Assembly: GCF_031769215.1 (NCBI RefSeq)
Contig: NW_026781864.1
Span: 496,001-560,000 of the forward strand
Reading direction: 5' to 3'
DNA length: 64,000 bases
Source of the DNA: Ylistrum balloti
Taxonomy: Eukaryota
The number at the start of each line of letters is the position of its first letter. Positions within the stretch are counted from its first letter, which is position 1. Positions 52,208-64,000 of the stretch are shown piece after piece. The translations under genes were made by a program, and so were the position numbers. The notes under the pieces were generated by a model, which made no database searches, was not told the DNA's origin, and saw only the letters and a list, made by a program, of their open reading frames with translations.

Positions 52208-55200
52208 ATTAGAAAATATTGTACACAAGAAAACAGAGAAATCGTTAGCACATCAAGGAATTCAAGTAAAAGAAGGTATGTATGCCAAAGCAGTTACACT
52301 GCAAACTTTCTCGAAAAATTGTAATGGAAATAGAAAAATATAAAAACTTTCTTTGGTCCATAAGTAACTGTAAATTTTCAAAATATTTTGAGTATTTCCA
52401 TATAAAGGATATGTCAAAGCGTGAACATAACATCAAACTGCTATCTTGATTCTGCCTTAAAGCAAAGTTGTGGACGAATAAAGATAGTCTGTTTGGATTT
52501 TCATGATCTGTCAGATTGTCACCAACGTAGATAATTTCGTTATATTGTTATAATAACATCTCCCCATTCAAAGCTTAATATTTTCTAACTCAGCGTTTTT
52601 GAAATTCAATGGTAACGTTATCGAAGCAAACGTTTCGAACTGAAATATTCCCAAACATAAATTATGCAATTCTAGTTGTCGATGAAACAAATAACAATAG
52701 TGAAGTCGACTCATGCTGCTTTGATGCAGAACAAAACTTGAATTTTGCAGCAATTTTTGCTCGCATTACTGTGATATCAAGTCACCAACAAGAGACAATG
52801 TTCTCAATTAAATATGTTTGTATCAAAATATAAAATATATCATATAGGATTTACAAAACACATCCATGTAAATATTACATTTCCTTCATGTGAGATGGCA
52901 TAAAATATATCAAGAAAAATAGATGAAGACACCAAAATGATATTGTAAACATACAAAAGTGTTAATTTGAAAATGGTTGGATGCCTGAAATAATTGAGTC
53001 TATTATTAGGAATGCCAGTGAATGATGAAATATGTATTGGAACAGGAAGATAATGCAAACTAATTGTTTTCACAATTGTTAAATATTAACATTAGAAAAA
53101 TTGCTAAATTTTATCAGTTCTCTGTTGACGAGTGGTATGTCCAATTTACTCTATGAATAGAATTTTGTCAGCGAAACAATCAAGGAAGTATATAGTGTTT
53201 TCAAGGTTTTACACCTGTACAGTTCACCATGACACTGATAAACCTATCTCCAGAGGGTCTGAAGTCCCCATTCAGATGTTTTTTACACCTCATTTGCGTG
53301 AAGCAACAAAGATCACTGCCATACCTGTAATATTGTAGTGAAATTTGGTCATATAGCCTTGTCAGTCCTTTTAACCAACATTTTAAGTACTTACTGTTAG
53401 GTGTTTATGGACATTATGACATATGGTTTATATAAATATCGGATGACATTTTCCCTTAGACATTCGAAGCATCACATTGACAATGGGTGCATAGTGATGG
53501 TCATATTGACACACTTTTTGAGAAATTCTTTGGCGATCTCAATAAAAGAGATGTTGTATGATCAATCAAATTTTTGTTGACTTTAACTTACATTTAACAT
53601 GGTTATGGGCCTTATACATATAGCAAAGGCCATCATTGTAGCAGATGAAATCCTATGATGATATTTCAATTATAGATAGTAATTTAAGAACAATTCTATT
53701 TTCTGAAAATTTTGAAATATGAGTGGATATCTATCTATCTTTGTGTTTCCACAACATGCCTTTTCCAATGACACCTTTCAAGATATTTTCACAATTTGAA
53801 TTCATAATCAGAAGAATAGGTGTAGAAGTTGATCTTATTTGTTAAATTAACCTTTCCTTTGCGGTTTAGTTCTGGTATTAGGGGGTGGGGATGAAATGGA
53901 ACCATTGTGGATTGTGGGTACATGCATCATTCTGTCCATATTGGTAAAACATTACTGATATTCTAGTGTACATATGGGGACTGACTCCTTAAAGTTTAAT
54001 ACCATATGTTATGGATATGAAAACTATTTGAATATTCGAATGATGAATCGACAGATATTCAAATGACAATTTTTGTTGAATTGACATCCTTATTCACCAG
54101 ATTTGGTTCTAAGCTCAAAGCTCTGTGGATGTTCGGTTTTCTTGTACAGTCATTACTAAAGTAAGTTGTTCCTCCTAACCACAATTATGTATAGTCAGAC
54201 TTTTAGGTAATATTTAAGTCTGTGATGAGGCTTAATTATTTAAATCAAAATAACATTACAACTGATAATCAGTTCGAACTTCAAATTTGTTATAAATAGA
54301 TAAAAAAGATAAATCCTGGTATCACTGATGGTAGTTGTAACTAAATACCGGTTATCATGCATGCACATTGATTTCAGCATATTATCTTAATTTGATTAAC
54401 TGTTGATATTAGACTTTGTTGATAACTGTTAGGATTGTGTCTTTAGAAAATAATGAAATAAGTGACCCACACTAGGGCCTGGGTCAGCATTCAAATGATA
54501 ATTATAGGAAAAAATGACATTTTCCTATGTAATCCACTCACAGATTGAAAGGTCTGTTCTTATCTACAAGCTGAAACAAACATAAAGTTAAACTACATTT
54601 TCTGTACCCAGCCATATTGGGATAGAAATTAGGACAGGAGGTCTTCAAAGAGATTTGTTAAGAATTTGCAATATCCAGCACATTTTTCAGAAGTCATGAC
54701 AGATATTAAAATAAATCAGATGAAAATAAACACATACTCTCATTTATATCTCACTTATAAAAATGAATTACCTCATTGTCAAAATTGTGATATAAGGAAT
54801 TGCTCAATTATACAAAGGCACAGAAGTGAATAAGAGAGAGTAAAGAGTTGTTGTCTGAATCTTTGCAGGAAGAAAGATTAATATGGCAAGATTATGTAGG
54901 CATGTGAGGAGACGAGATGTGGCTATATGACTAATGTGTGTTAACCGAAACAAAATTAAGTTCTGTGAATGTATGGGTGTTATTGAGCATATATCCTTTT
55001 TGAAATAATGATATGTCCTAAATATGTACAACATTTACTGAGGACAGTTACATTCAGTGTTAATTGTCCTGCATGTAATGCAATTTCCAAACTTGTGTTT
55101 GATCTGTGGCATGATCTGTTTCATTTTTTTTTTTCAGATGAACGAGCCAATAGATTGGACAAAAAGGAAAAGAGACCGAAACGCCCAACAAGAGGAGTGT

Positions 55201-58200
55201 ACCAACCACCAAGTATTTTAAGGCACAAACAACAGCTTGAACAAGCAGGAGGAGGGAATTGGAATGGAGAGGCAGAAGGTGAAGGAGAATGTTGGGAGGA
55301 GGAATTAGATGTAGAAAGCCATGGGTCAGCAACTAACAGCAGCAAGGAGAACAGTGTCGAAAAAGAGGTATCATATTTTATCATTTGTGTATTAAAAAGT
55401 GTTGAGTATTTATTCTTTGTGTAGAAAACGAGGTAAAGTTTTGAATTGTTTGTGTAGTAAAAGGTAGAAAAAAGTAAACTATTGATTGTTTGACACCTGC
55501 TGGTAATTTAGAGGCTGTAATAGCTCAGTAGATTGTCGATCTTTGATCCGTTAGGTGAGGACGTGTGTAGCTCAGCAAACCATGCGTAGTGCTGTTTGTA
55601 TTTTCAGCTAAATTGAACCATTCTGTACCGTTGCATTTGTTTTCTTGAGCAAGATACTTAATACCAATTGCTGTTGCTGTCAACAGCAGAAAATTGACCT
55701 CCTGTATATTGTTCAGAGTGGTAGCCACCAGCTACTATAAAGAAATCCTGCCTCAAAATGACTCTTACTGTGATAAGTGATAAAGCAGGCAAATGAATTT
55801 AAACAAACAATACTATTATTTCATAATTTGGAATTATTTCTATATGTCTAAAAGTACAGTCTAGTGTATTAACATACATGATCATATAAGGATATAAAAT
55901 TGATGGATGGACAGTAAATGGAAATGCTAAACATGTGTCGGTTTATCAATAAATTTAAGTGACCAGCTCTTTAAAGAAATATCAATGAGAATCTGTCAGA
56001 TTGATAAATCCTGGAGTCCTGTCAGTATTCTGATGTATAAATCTTCACATGAATTGTAACCAGGCAGTACATGTATTTCAAAATAAGATGAATATTATAA
56101 TGCAGCTTTGCTAACGTTAAAATATATATATTATTAATTGTATAAGAAAATATTGAAAGAAAAAAAAATGATTAAAGAATTATAGAATTTAAATGCCATA
56201 AATATGTTTGAACAATGAATAGATATAGTCTATGTATGTATGAAATGTAAAAAATGTTATGAAGGATAAGATAATAAAAGATAACAAAGTGTTTAGTTTA
56301 CTCGAGTTTACAAGAGGATAGGCTAGTAAACTTGTACATTCAAAGGATGAATTAGAACCAGTGAATTGAATATGACAGGAAATGAAATGATTTGAGAATT
56401 TATATCATGTTCATTCATTAACACTAACTTGGAATAAGGTCACAATATAAAGTGTATTTCTTTTTCTGTAAACAACAGATTGATGAGGTCCTCACAAACA
56501 TTCGTAATCTGCAAGTGCAGTCTGAAGATGGACTGGTCAGTACTGGAGACGCCAAGAAAAGATCCAAGTCAGGGAAAAGACCAGAGATTCAGCGATATAT
56601 TCCAAAGGGAAAACTGATAGAGCAAAGTCAAAAAGACTCTGAGTCAGAGGAGCTTGATGATCCCGCAAGAATTCCATCAAATGTTGCCTCTCCTCTGTTT
56701 GATGACAATACCTCTCTGCGTAAAATAGATTTTGGGAAATGTTCACCCATGGATGTCAAAATCACATTTGTGAATCAAACTTCCTCACCTCAGGGATCAA
56801 AGCCTGATGAGGCCTCAAATACACCTCAGAGAGCTGGAAGTGAGTCAAGGTTAAGTGGTGGTCAAGGAGAATCTCAAACTGGTGGTCAAAGATTGAGGTC
56901 AGCTGGAGTTCAAGAGGAGTGTCATTATCAAGATAAGAACAGAACTGACAACCACAGTCAGAAATTTGCAAGAGATAAACGACAAAATCAGAGAGGACAA
57001 TTTATGGGGGACAGAGGAGGTAAACGTGGAGGAGGGTTTGGGAGGGGACAGAATCGAGAGGAAGGATATGGCACATGGCCAAGAGAAAAAGGAGGAGGTA
57101 GAGGAAATGTCCAAAAGGAAAACAGTCCACCTAGTGGCGAAAATTGGGATGTGGAATTACGGATTGTGGAAAAGGATGATATTGAACAGAAAGAAGACAA
57201 ACAGAATCGAAATAATGTCAGTACCTCTCAAGCCAATCCTGTTACTGGATCAGAACCGCCAAAACCACAAAGAATTAATCAGCGGCGTCCACGTGATCGT
57301 CCCGTAAAACAGACAACTGTGTCAATTATTGATGCTCCGGACGAAGGTGAAGATGGCAATGGTAACCACATACCAACCATGATCTTTGAACGAAGGAACA
57401 GTAATTCATCAGTAACAGGCAGCGGGCAAGGTGGTAATGGAAATCTGAAACAAAAGCCTCCCAAAGGTCAACCTATGACCAAGGGACCCCCTAAAAGGTA
57501 CTCACTTTCAACCATGCGTCGACAAAGGACTGGCAGTGTCAGCAGTGACGTAAGTACTGCCAGTGACTTGAGCATTGATGATGAAACAACAACCAGGATT
57601 CTGGATTGGGATAAGGAAGTAGAGAGAGAAATGGCCAAACAAGTCCAGGATGAAACAATGAAGTTAAAGGAATTTCTGGAAAGACAAGGGGATTTCCCTG
57701 GGATGGACTTTGGAATGGGTTCTTCTGATCAGAAACAACCAGACAGAATGTCAGAATCAGGTAGTGAATATGGTATATATCGTGAGAAAACTAGTGAGAG
57801 ACAATACAGACCCTCAAGAGCCAAAGAAAATCAATACAACGAGAATAAAAATCGTAACTCAGGTTCCCGCGATAGACATGATGGCAGTGATCAGTGGTAC
57901 AATGAGTTACCCAGGAGTAGACGGAGAAATAGACGGAGTTCCCTAAATGGTCGACACAGTAGAGACTCTAGTGTGTCCAGTGTCCAGAGTGTTCAGAGTT
58001 ACCATGGAGATGAAGGAGAGAAGATGTACCACAGTCTAAGTCTGCCACGAAAAGGAAGGCGACGTAGGAGGAGTAGTAATGCTAGTCTCAAGGATATTAG
58101 TTCTAGTCGTGAAGCTCTCAACAATCCAGAAAATCTCAACCTCAAGATAACTTTTGCTCAAGATCACAATGAGAAACGCCAAGTCACAATGCAAGGACCT

Positions 58201-61200
58201 AGTCAAGGTCATCAGCAAGGTCATGGTCAAATTCACCAGCAAGGTCATAGTCAAGGTCACCAACAAAGTCATGGACAGGGTCACTATCAAGGTAACCAAC
58301 AAGGACATGGTCAAATTCACCAGCAAGGTCATAGTCAAGGTCACCAACAAAGTCATGGACAGGGTCACTATCAGGGTAACCAACAAGGACATCAACAAGG
58401 ACAAAAAGGTCAGGGACAAGGGTCAACATCTCGTGGAAGAGGACGGGGCAGAGCTCGGAGTGCTGAGAGGAGCAAAGATAAGCAGGGATCAAGGGGCCGT
58501 CCTGAGGAATACAGAGGACCAGCAGGAAAGGACAAAGACTACGATAAAATAGGAGTAGGGAGAGGGCAGGACCGTAGAAGTGTAGGCAGAGGGCAGGACA
58601 CAAGAGGCAGTCGAGGACAAGATACAAGGGTTGGAAGCAGAGACAACAGAGGACAAGGACATGACATGAGGCATGATTCCAGGGGTCAGAGTCAGGACAT
58701 CAGGGGACATGGTCATGATAAAAGAGGTCAAGGACAAGACATTCATAATCCTAGTTTTAGGGGACAAAGTCATGATTCACGAGGCCATGGGAAGGATCAA
58801 CATTATAGTTATGACCGTCATGAACGTCGACTCTCAGGGCGCGATGAAACCATGCATGAGACAGGAACCTCCCCCAGAGGTGGACTGCTGAAACTTCCAT
58901 CTGGTGCACTTCATAGTGAGACACAGAGCTATCGTGATGAAGGTCAAAGTCAAAGGTCTAAAGGTCCTCAAGTTCACAGTGGTACCTCTGGAAACACGTC
59001 TAGAGGTGGGGCAGGACAAAGAAGACTCTTTGACCCCAATAATCCAAACAAACCCATAATGATTCAGGATGGAAACAAGTCACAAAACTTACATGAAGAT
59101 AGCAAACCTCTACAGTTTCAGGATGTTGATAATCCTACCACTCCTACCTCACCTCATGGGCCACCTTCTTTCCATCAGGCCTACCCGCCCATGGGTCCAG
59201 CTGCACCCTACTTTCAAAACTATGATCCTAGGTTTGTGGATGGTGGCCATGGCTTTCCTCAACGACATTCTGGTCCTCACCCAGTACCTATTTCTGGACA
59301 CCCTGGGACACCTGGAGGCTACTATTTCCCGTACCCTGTGCCTTATAGGGACATGGCGATGTATCCAGAGGAAATGTACCAGAGGGAACCGTACTATCAA
59401 GGGTAAGTACCCAGAACATTAGCTGTTGTAGACTTGGTAACAAAAACAGTGGTCACATGTTGTGTCTTTTCACTACTTTTAGTAATCATCTTAATGAAAG
59501 AGATTCTAGGTTGTACATGTATTTAGAACTTTGGAAAAGAAAGGAAGATGGTTATTAGTGTTTAATCAAACTTGAATTACAATATTTTAGAATGAATGAT
59601 AATATTATTTTGTGTATGTTATTTTTAATAATAAGAATATATTGACAGTTGTGTTGAATGATTGGGTTCATGTTGTTATGAATAAAGTTTAGAAAACACT
59701 CTACAGATATGGATAGTAATGATTTAAGCAATTTTTTTTCTTCAGGGGAGAGTATGACCAGGAATTGGCAGTATCTGGGCGATCTCGGACACAATGTCGC
59801 GCCATGGCGGAGCGAATGATTCAAGAGTCCCTATCATTAGACAGCCAGTTGAGTGATCTTGTGTCGAGGCGGTTATCTAGCAAGGATTTCACCACCCTCT
59901 CTCAGATCAGGTATGAAACCAGGATTTCAGCACCCTTACTGAGATCAGATATAAAAACTAGGATTTCACCACCCTCACAGAGATCAGGTATTAAATCTAG
60001 GATTTCGCTACCCTTACTGAGATCAGATATAAAAACTAGGATTTCACCACCCTCACAGAGATCAGATATAAAAACTAGGATTTCACTACCCTTACTGAGA
60101 TCAGATATAAAAACTAGGATTTAAGCAGTTTTTAGGGTATTAGCCACAATGTAAAATACATTCGTTATTAGTGAAAACACTATCAAGTGTCTCTGTTTCT
60201 ATTTTTAGACAAGACCTACAGTGTAAGTGTGAACAGGTGATACTCTTGGACTTGGATGTAGCCAACAAACATAATGCAGAACAGCTCCTGTGGAAGTCGG
60301 TATATTACCAAGTAATAGAGGTGTTTAGGAAAAACTTGTCCGAGGAAAAGGATGAAGAAACCAAAAGCCAGCTCACTCATATACTCAATCAGGTTTGTCA
60401 CTGAATCTCAGCTCCTTTATATTAATAGTTGTCATCTTCGAACTCAATTTCCTGTTACCAGGTACCAAGATAAAATCCTGCTCTTTATTCACTGGAGACA
60501 TGTAAATGTTAGCTTGTATATTTTAGCAGTGATATGAATATGCTTATTGCAGTTTCTGTACTGGATATGCTTATATAGCCATTATTGTGAATACATAAAG
60601 CCATCACTTCATTAACTTGCCAAAAAGTGATATTGTGCTAAAACTTCATAGCACCAAAAATAAGTACATTTACAGTATGCAAACTGTAAAGTAGAATTAT
60701 GCTTTATTTTAAAAGTAGTAATGTTCAGTGTCTTTAATGTGTTTACAGGGAACTGAATTTTACGAGCGCCTTCTTCAGAAACTGCAGCAGACATTTAATT
60801 TCCAACTTGAGGCTTTTTTGGACACCAGTGTCTTGCCCCCAGAGAATATCTCCCGAACAGTCAAACTGGCTCTGCTCAGTACCCAGAGAACTCTGATCTG
60901 TCTCGGTGACATTGCTCGATACAGAGAGCAGAGCAATGATACCGGAAAGGTCAACTATGGAAGAGCAAGAAAGTAAGGTTCTTAATGACCTAACTGGAGA
61001 TATGGAATGACTGCAAAGACGTCTTTTGAAAATAGATACAAAGAAGGGCTTAATATTTTTCAATTCTCCCTTCATCTTCTCTGAATCTATATTTTTATTA
61101 TTGAATATTCTATTGCTATATTGAGAAACAATTTTTTACTGTATAATACAAGCACTTATATGTGTACATTTACTATATACATTGTATAACTTTTCAAGTG

Positions 61201-63921
61201 ACCATTTACTGAAATCAATAATCTTTTTTGTAATACTGTTTTTATTAAGAATTATTATGTCTCTGCTGTCAGTCTTTGTAGGAGAAATTCCAGTATACTT
61301 TTCCATTGGTTGAAACTGTAAACTGAATGAAATAAATCATATTGTACTGTTACAGCTGGTACTCCAAGGCGCAGCAAATAGCTCCGAAGAATGGCCGTCC
61401 CTACAACCAACTGGCTATCTTGGCTCTATACACGGTAAGTGTTGTCAGCATAAATAAAGGCCATATTCATGATATATGATGTCAGTATCAGTAATGGCCC
61501 TATTCATGAAAATGACGTCCGTATCAGTAATGGCTCTATTCATGATAAGTGACGTCATTATCAAGGCTGAATCATTTCACTGTAAGTGATGTCCGTATTG
61601 ATACTGGCCCTCTACACAGTGTGTTGTCCATATCAAAACTAGGTTTCTACACAACTAGTGTTGCAATATCTGTAGTGGAGGTGATAAAAATAGAAATCAT
61701 TCAAATGAGTTTTAGTTATTGCACTTGAGGATGTGTTGAAGGAGGATTGCTGGGTTATAAGTATTGTATTTCTCTGGCACAGTGGTTTGTCAGCTTTAAA
61801 ATCTCAGCAATTAAGTCATTGTGTTTTTATTGTATTATATTGTTTGTTAACCCTGACAGAGAAGGAAGCTTGATGCTGTCTACTACTATATGAGAAGTTT
61901 GGCGGCAAGTAATCCGTTCCTAACAGCACGGGAAAGTCTGATATCATTGTTTGACGAGGCAAGGAAGAAGGTAGGTGGAACAGCATTACAACAAAGAATA
62001 TCATTCTACAGAAATATCAAATACGATAAAGTAGCATTACACAGAGTAATGGCACTTTATAGAATTACTATATACAGCAAAGAAGCATTACACAAAATGA
62101 TGACACTGTATAGAATTACATGGAGTTGTAAATCAGATATGCGCTAATGCTTGATTTTGAAACTAGTTTAATCAGCACAATATTGAGCTTGAGCAAAAAT
62201 AAAGTTTTCTGTAGGGAGTGAAAAAACCGGGACAGAGGTTTTACTGTACATAGTACGTATAACAATAGTTCGTTTCTGAATTTACTTCCTGTCTCCTCCT
62301 TGTTTGTCAGACTGGACTTAGAGAATTCTAACATTTTACTCAAATGTCGATGAAAACATTTATTTACTTAGGCTTAATTGGAAAATTGATCTTTTGTTCA
62401 TCAGGCCCAGAACTCCGAGAAGAAGCGAGAACAAGAAAAAGAAAGGTCTCAGCAGCTGAGAAAGCAAAAGAAACAGCAGGGTGAAAGAATTGAGGTGTGG
62501 GTATCAGCAGATGGTACAAGTACTGAGGACAACGGAGATGAGGGGGCTCATCAGGACTTGTCCAAACTGGATGCTGTTGAGGTTAGGGTCAAATTATAGT
62601 TTGTTTGTTAGCTATGTTTATCACCCTATGAACTGACAGGTTCATTTTGAGTGAGAATCTCCTTGTAGTAGATGAGGACTATCTCACAGAACAACATATC
62701 AAAATAAATGATGGGAATATACTAAGGCTCATATGGTATGTTCATCCATCCTTTTGTCCAGCAGACCTTTTCTAGACATAACCAGATCTATTTGTCAGTG
62801 TATTTGCTTTAGAATGTAAATATGTTTACATTTAAATTGTCATTGCATCTTAAATGAAAGTTGAAGTTTAAATCATGAAGTGTTTTTACCAAAAATCTTA
62901 AGGGGGAAGTTTTGGTTACGCTTTGAGTTTAGCTCTATTTCCTTGGGACATACAATATTGGTTTCAAACAATCTGTGATTCATTATCATGAATTGGCATA
63001 TATCTCTGCTTTAAACAAAACAAATTGAATTCCAAAATAATAAGTCTAAATTCCAACTTACAGTTTTGCAATATTATTTAAATGGATATCATCTTCCTGT
63101 TAATGTAAGACTGTGTAAGTTTGCTATGTTGGTGTTTGTTTTGTATCAATAAGTTTGCTACGTTGCTAAGGTTCATGTTGTATCAGTAAGTTTGCTACCT
63201 TGCTAAAGTTCGTGTTGTATCAGTAAGTTTGCTACCTTGCTAAGGTTTGTGTTGTATCAGTAAGTTTGCTACCTTGCTAAAGTTCGTGTTGTATCAGTAA
63301 GTTTGCTACCTTGCTAAGGTTTGTGTTGTATCAGTAAGTTTGCTACCTTGCTAAAGTTCGTGTTGTATCAGTAAGTTTGCTACCTTGCAAAAGTTCGTGT
63401 TGTATCAGTAAGTTTGCTACCTTGCTAAAGTTCGTGTTGTATAAGTAAGTTTGCTACCTTGCTAAGGTTCGTGTTGTATCAGTAAGTTTGCTACCTTGCT
63501 AAGGTTTGTGTTGTATCAGTAAGTTTGCTACCTTGCTAAAGTTCGTGTTGTATAAGTAAGTTTGCTACCTTGCTAAGGTTTGTGTTGTATCAGTAAGTTT
63601 GCTACCTTGCTAAAGTTCGTGTTGTATCAGTAAGTTTGCTACCTTGCAAAAGTTCGTGTTGTATCAGTAAGTTTGCTACCTTGCTAAAGTTCGTGTTGTA
63701 TAAATAAGTTTGCTACCTTTCTAAGGTTTGTGTTGTATCAGTAAGTTTGCTACCTTGCTAAAGTTCGTGTTGTATAAGTAAGTTTGCTACCTTGCTGTTT
63801 GATTTGTATAAATAAGTTTGCTATGTTGTGCTTATGTATGTTTCATTTATGTTTTCCAGCTGAATAAAAGATTTGTTCTCAGTTTTCTCAATGTTCATGG
63901 AAAGTTATTCACTAAAGTCGG
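52167..63921 (+). CDS. SMG6: Telomerase-binding protein EST1A / NMD endonuclease SMG6; first 10 coding exons, continues beyond the window
   Basis: Exons 52167-52275, 55138-55367, 56479-59402, 59746-59910, 60209-60392, 60749-60972, 61356-61434, 61860-61970, 62405-62581, 63860-63921; phases consistent. N-terminus VRISYNEL; EJC-binding motifs KRPTRGVYQPP and KRPEIQRYIPKG; EST1/TPR motifs EQLLWKSVYYQVIE, CLGDIARYREQ, WYSKAQQIAPKNGRPYNQLAILA, LDAVYYYMRSLAASNPFLTARESL, LNKRFVLSFLNVHGKLF. Confidence 0.95.
58225..58392 (+). repeat. Coding 84-bp direct duplication within a Gln/Gly/His-rich tract of SMG6 exon 3
   Basis: GQIHQQGHSQGHQQSHGQGHYQGNQQGH occurs twice in tandem. Confidence 0.9.
59883..60122 (+). 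repeat. 38-39 bp minisatellite, about 6 copies, starting inside SMG6 exon 4
   Basis: aggatttc recurs at 59883, 59921, 59960 and onward; the first unit is the exon end plus donor (cag|gtatga). Confidence 0.9.
61421..61630 (+). repeat. Decayed 36-37 bp tandem repeat, about 6 copies, starting at the SMG6 exon 7 end
   Basis: tggctctatacacg|gtaagtgttgtc is echoed by tggctctattcatgataagtgacgtc and tggccctctacacagtgtgttgtc. Confidence 0.65.
63110..63830. repeat. 37-bp minisatellite, about 19 copies, just upstream of SMG6 exon 10
   Basis: Unit gtgttgtatcagtaagtttgctaccttgcta(a/g)(a/g)tt(c/t). Confidence 0.95.
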
Positions 63922-64000
63922 GTAAGTTGATTTTCTTAACTTATCATTTTATTCAAGATCTAAAAAGAAAACCTATTTATGTTCAATTTTTACATTTCTA

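Noticed and set aside
58036-58891. Several alternative-frame and antisense ORFs over SMG6 exon 3
   Set aside because: By-products of the low-complexity QGH/RG coding repeats; the SMG6 frame explains the region.
59911-60124. C-terminal repeats of ORF 59765-60124 as protein sequence
   Set aside because: Read-through into the intronic 39-bp minisatellite; the donor at 59910 joins exon 5 in phase with conserved SMG6 sequence.

Overview
AT-rich, intron-containing animal genomic DNA, most likely a bivalve mollusc (inferred from repeat families and protein similarity, not proven). I assembled six spliced genes by hand from GT-AG boundaries and phase continuity: TBL2 (minus, 3' end outside the window), POLD4 (plus, head-to-head with TBL2), a SAMD9-like STAND NTPase (plus), STYXL1 (minus), MDH2 (plus, head-to-head with STYXL1 as in human) and the 5' part of SMG6/EST1A (plus). 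Most striking: the 1580-aa ORF at 22518-27260 is only the last exon of a 3-exon, 1650-aa gene. Two small upstream exons missed by the ORF track add an N-terminal RHIM-like amyloid motif (FKITNYFGNQGIQVGDCNTMQI). The predicted architecture is RHIM / LOTUS-like winged helix / AlbA_2 (Schlafen-like) / SIR2-like / STAND NTPase / TPR-like / OB / Cys4 ribbon, i.e. a candidate amyloid-signalling innate immune receptor, lying next to a nest of transposons. Other oddities: three intronic minisatellites seeded from exon-end/5' splice-site sequence, an overlapping uORF on SMG6, an intron-containing pogo-like transposase with a GT>GG donor, and a 1081-bp foldback element with 249-bp TIRs. All family assignments come from recalled motifs; no searches were run.
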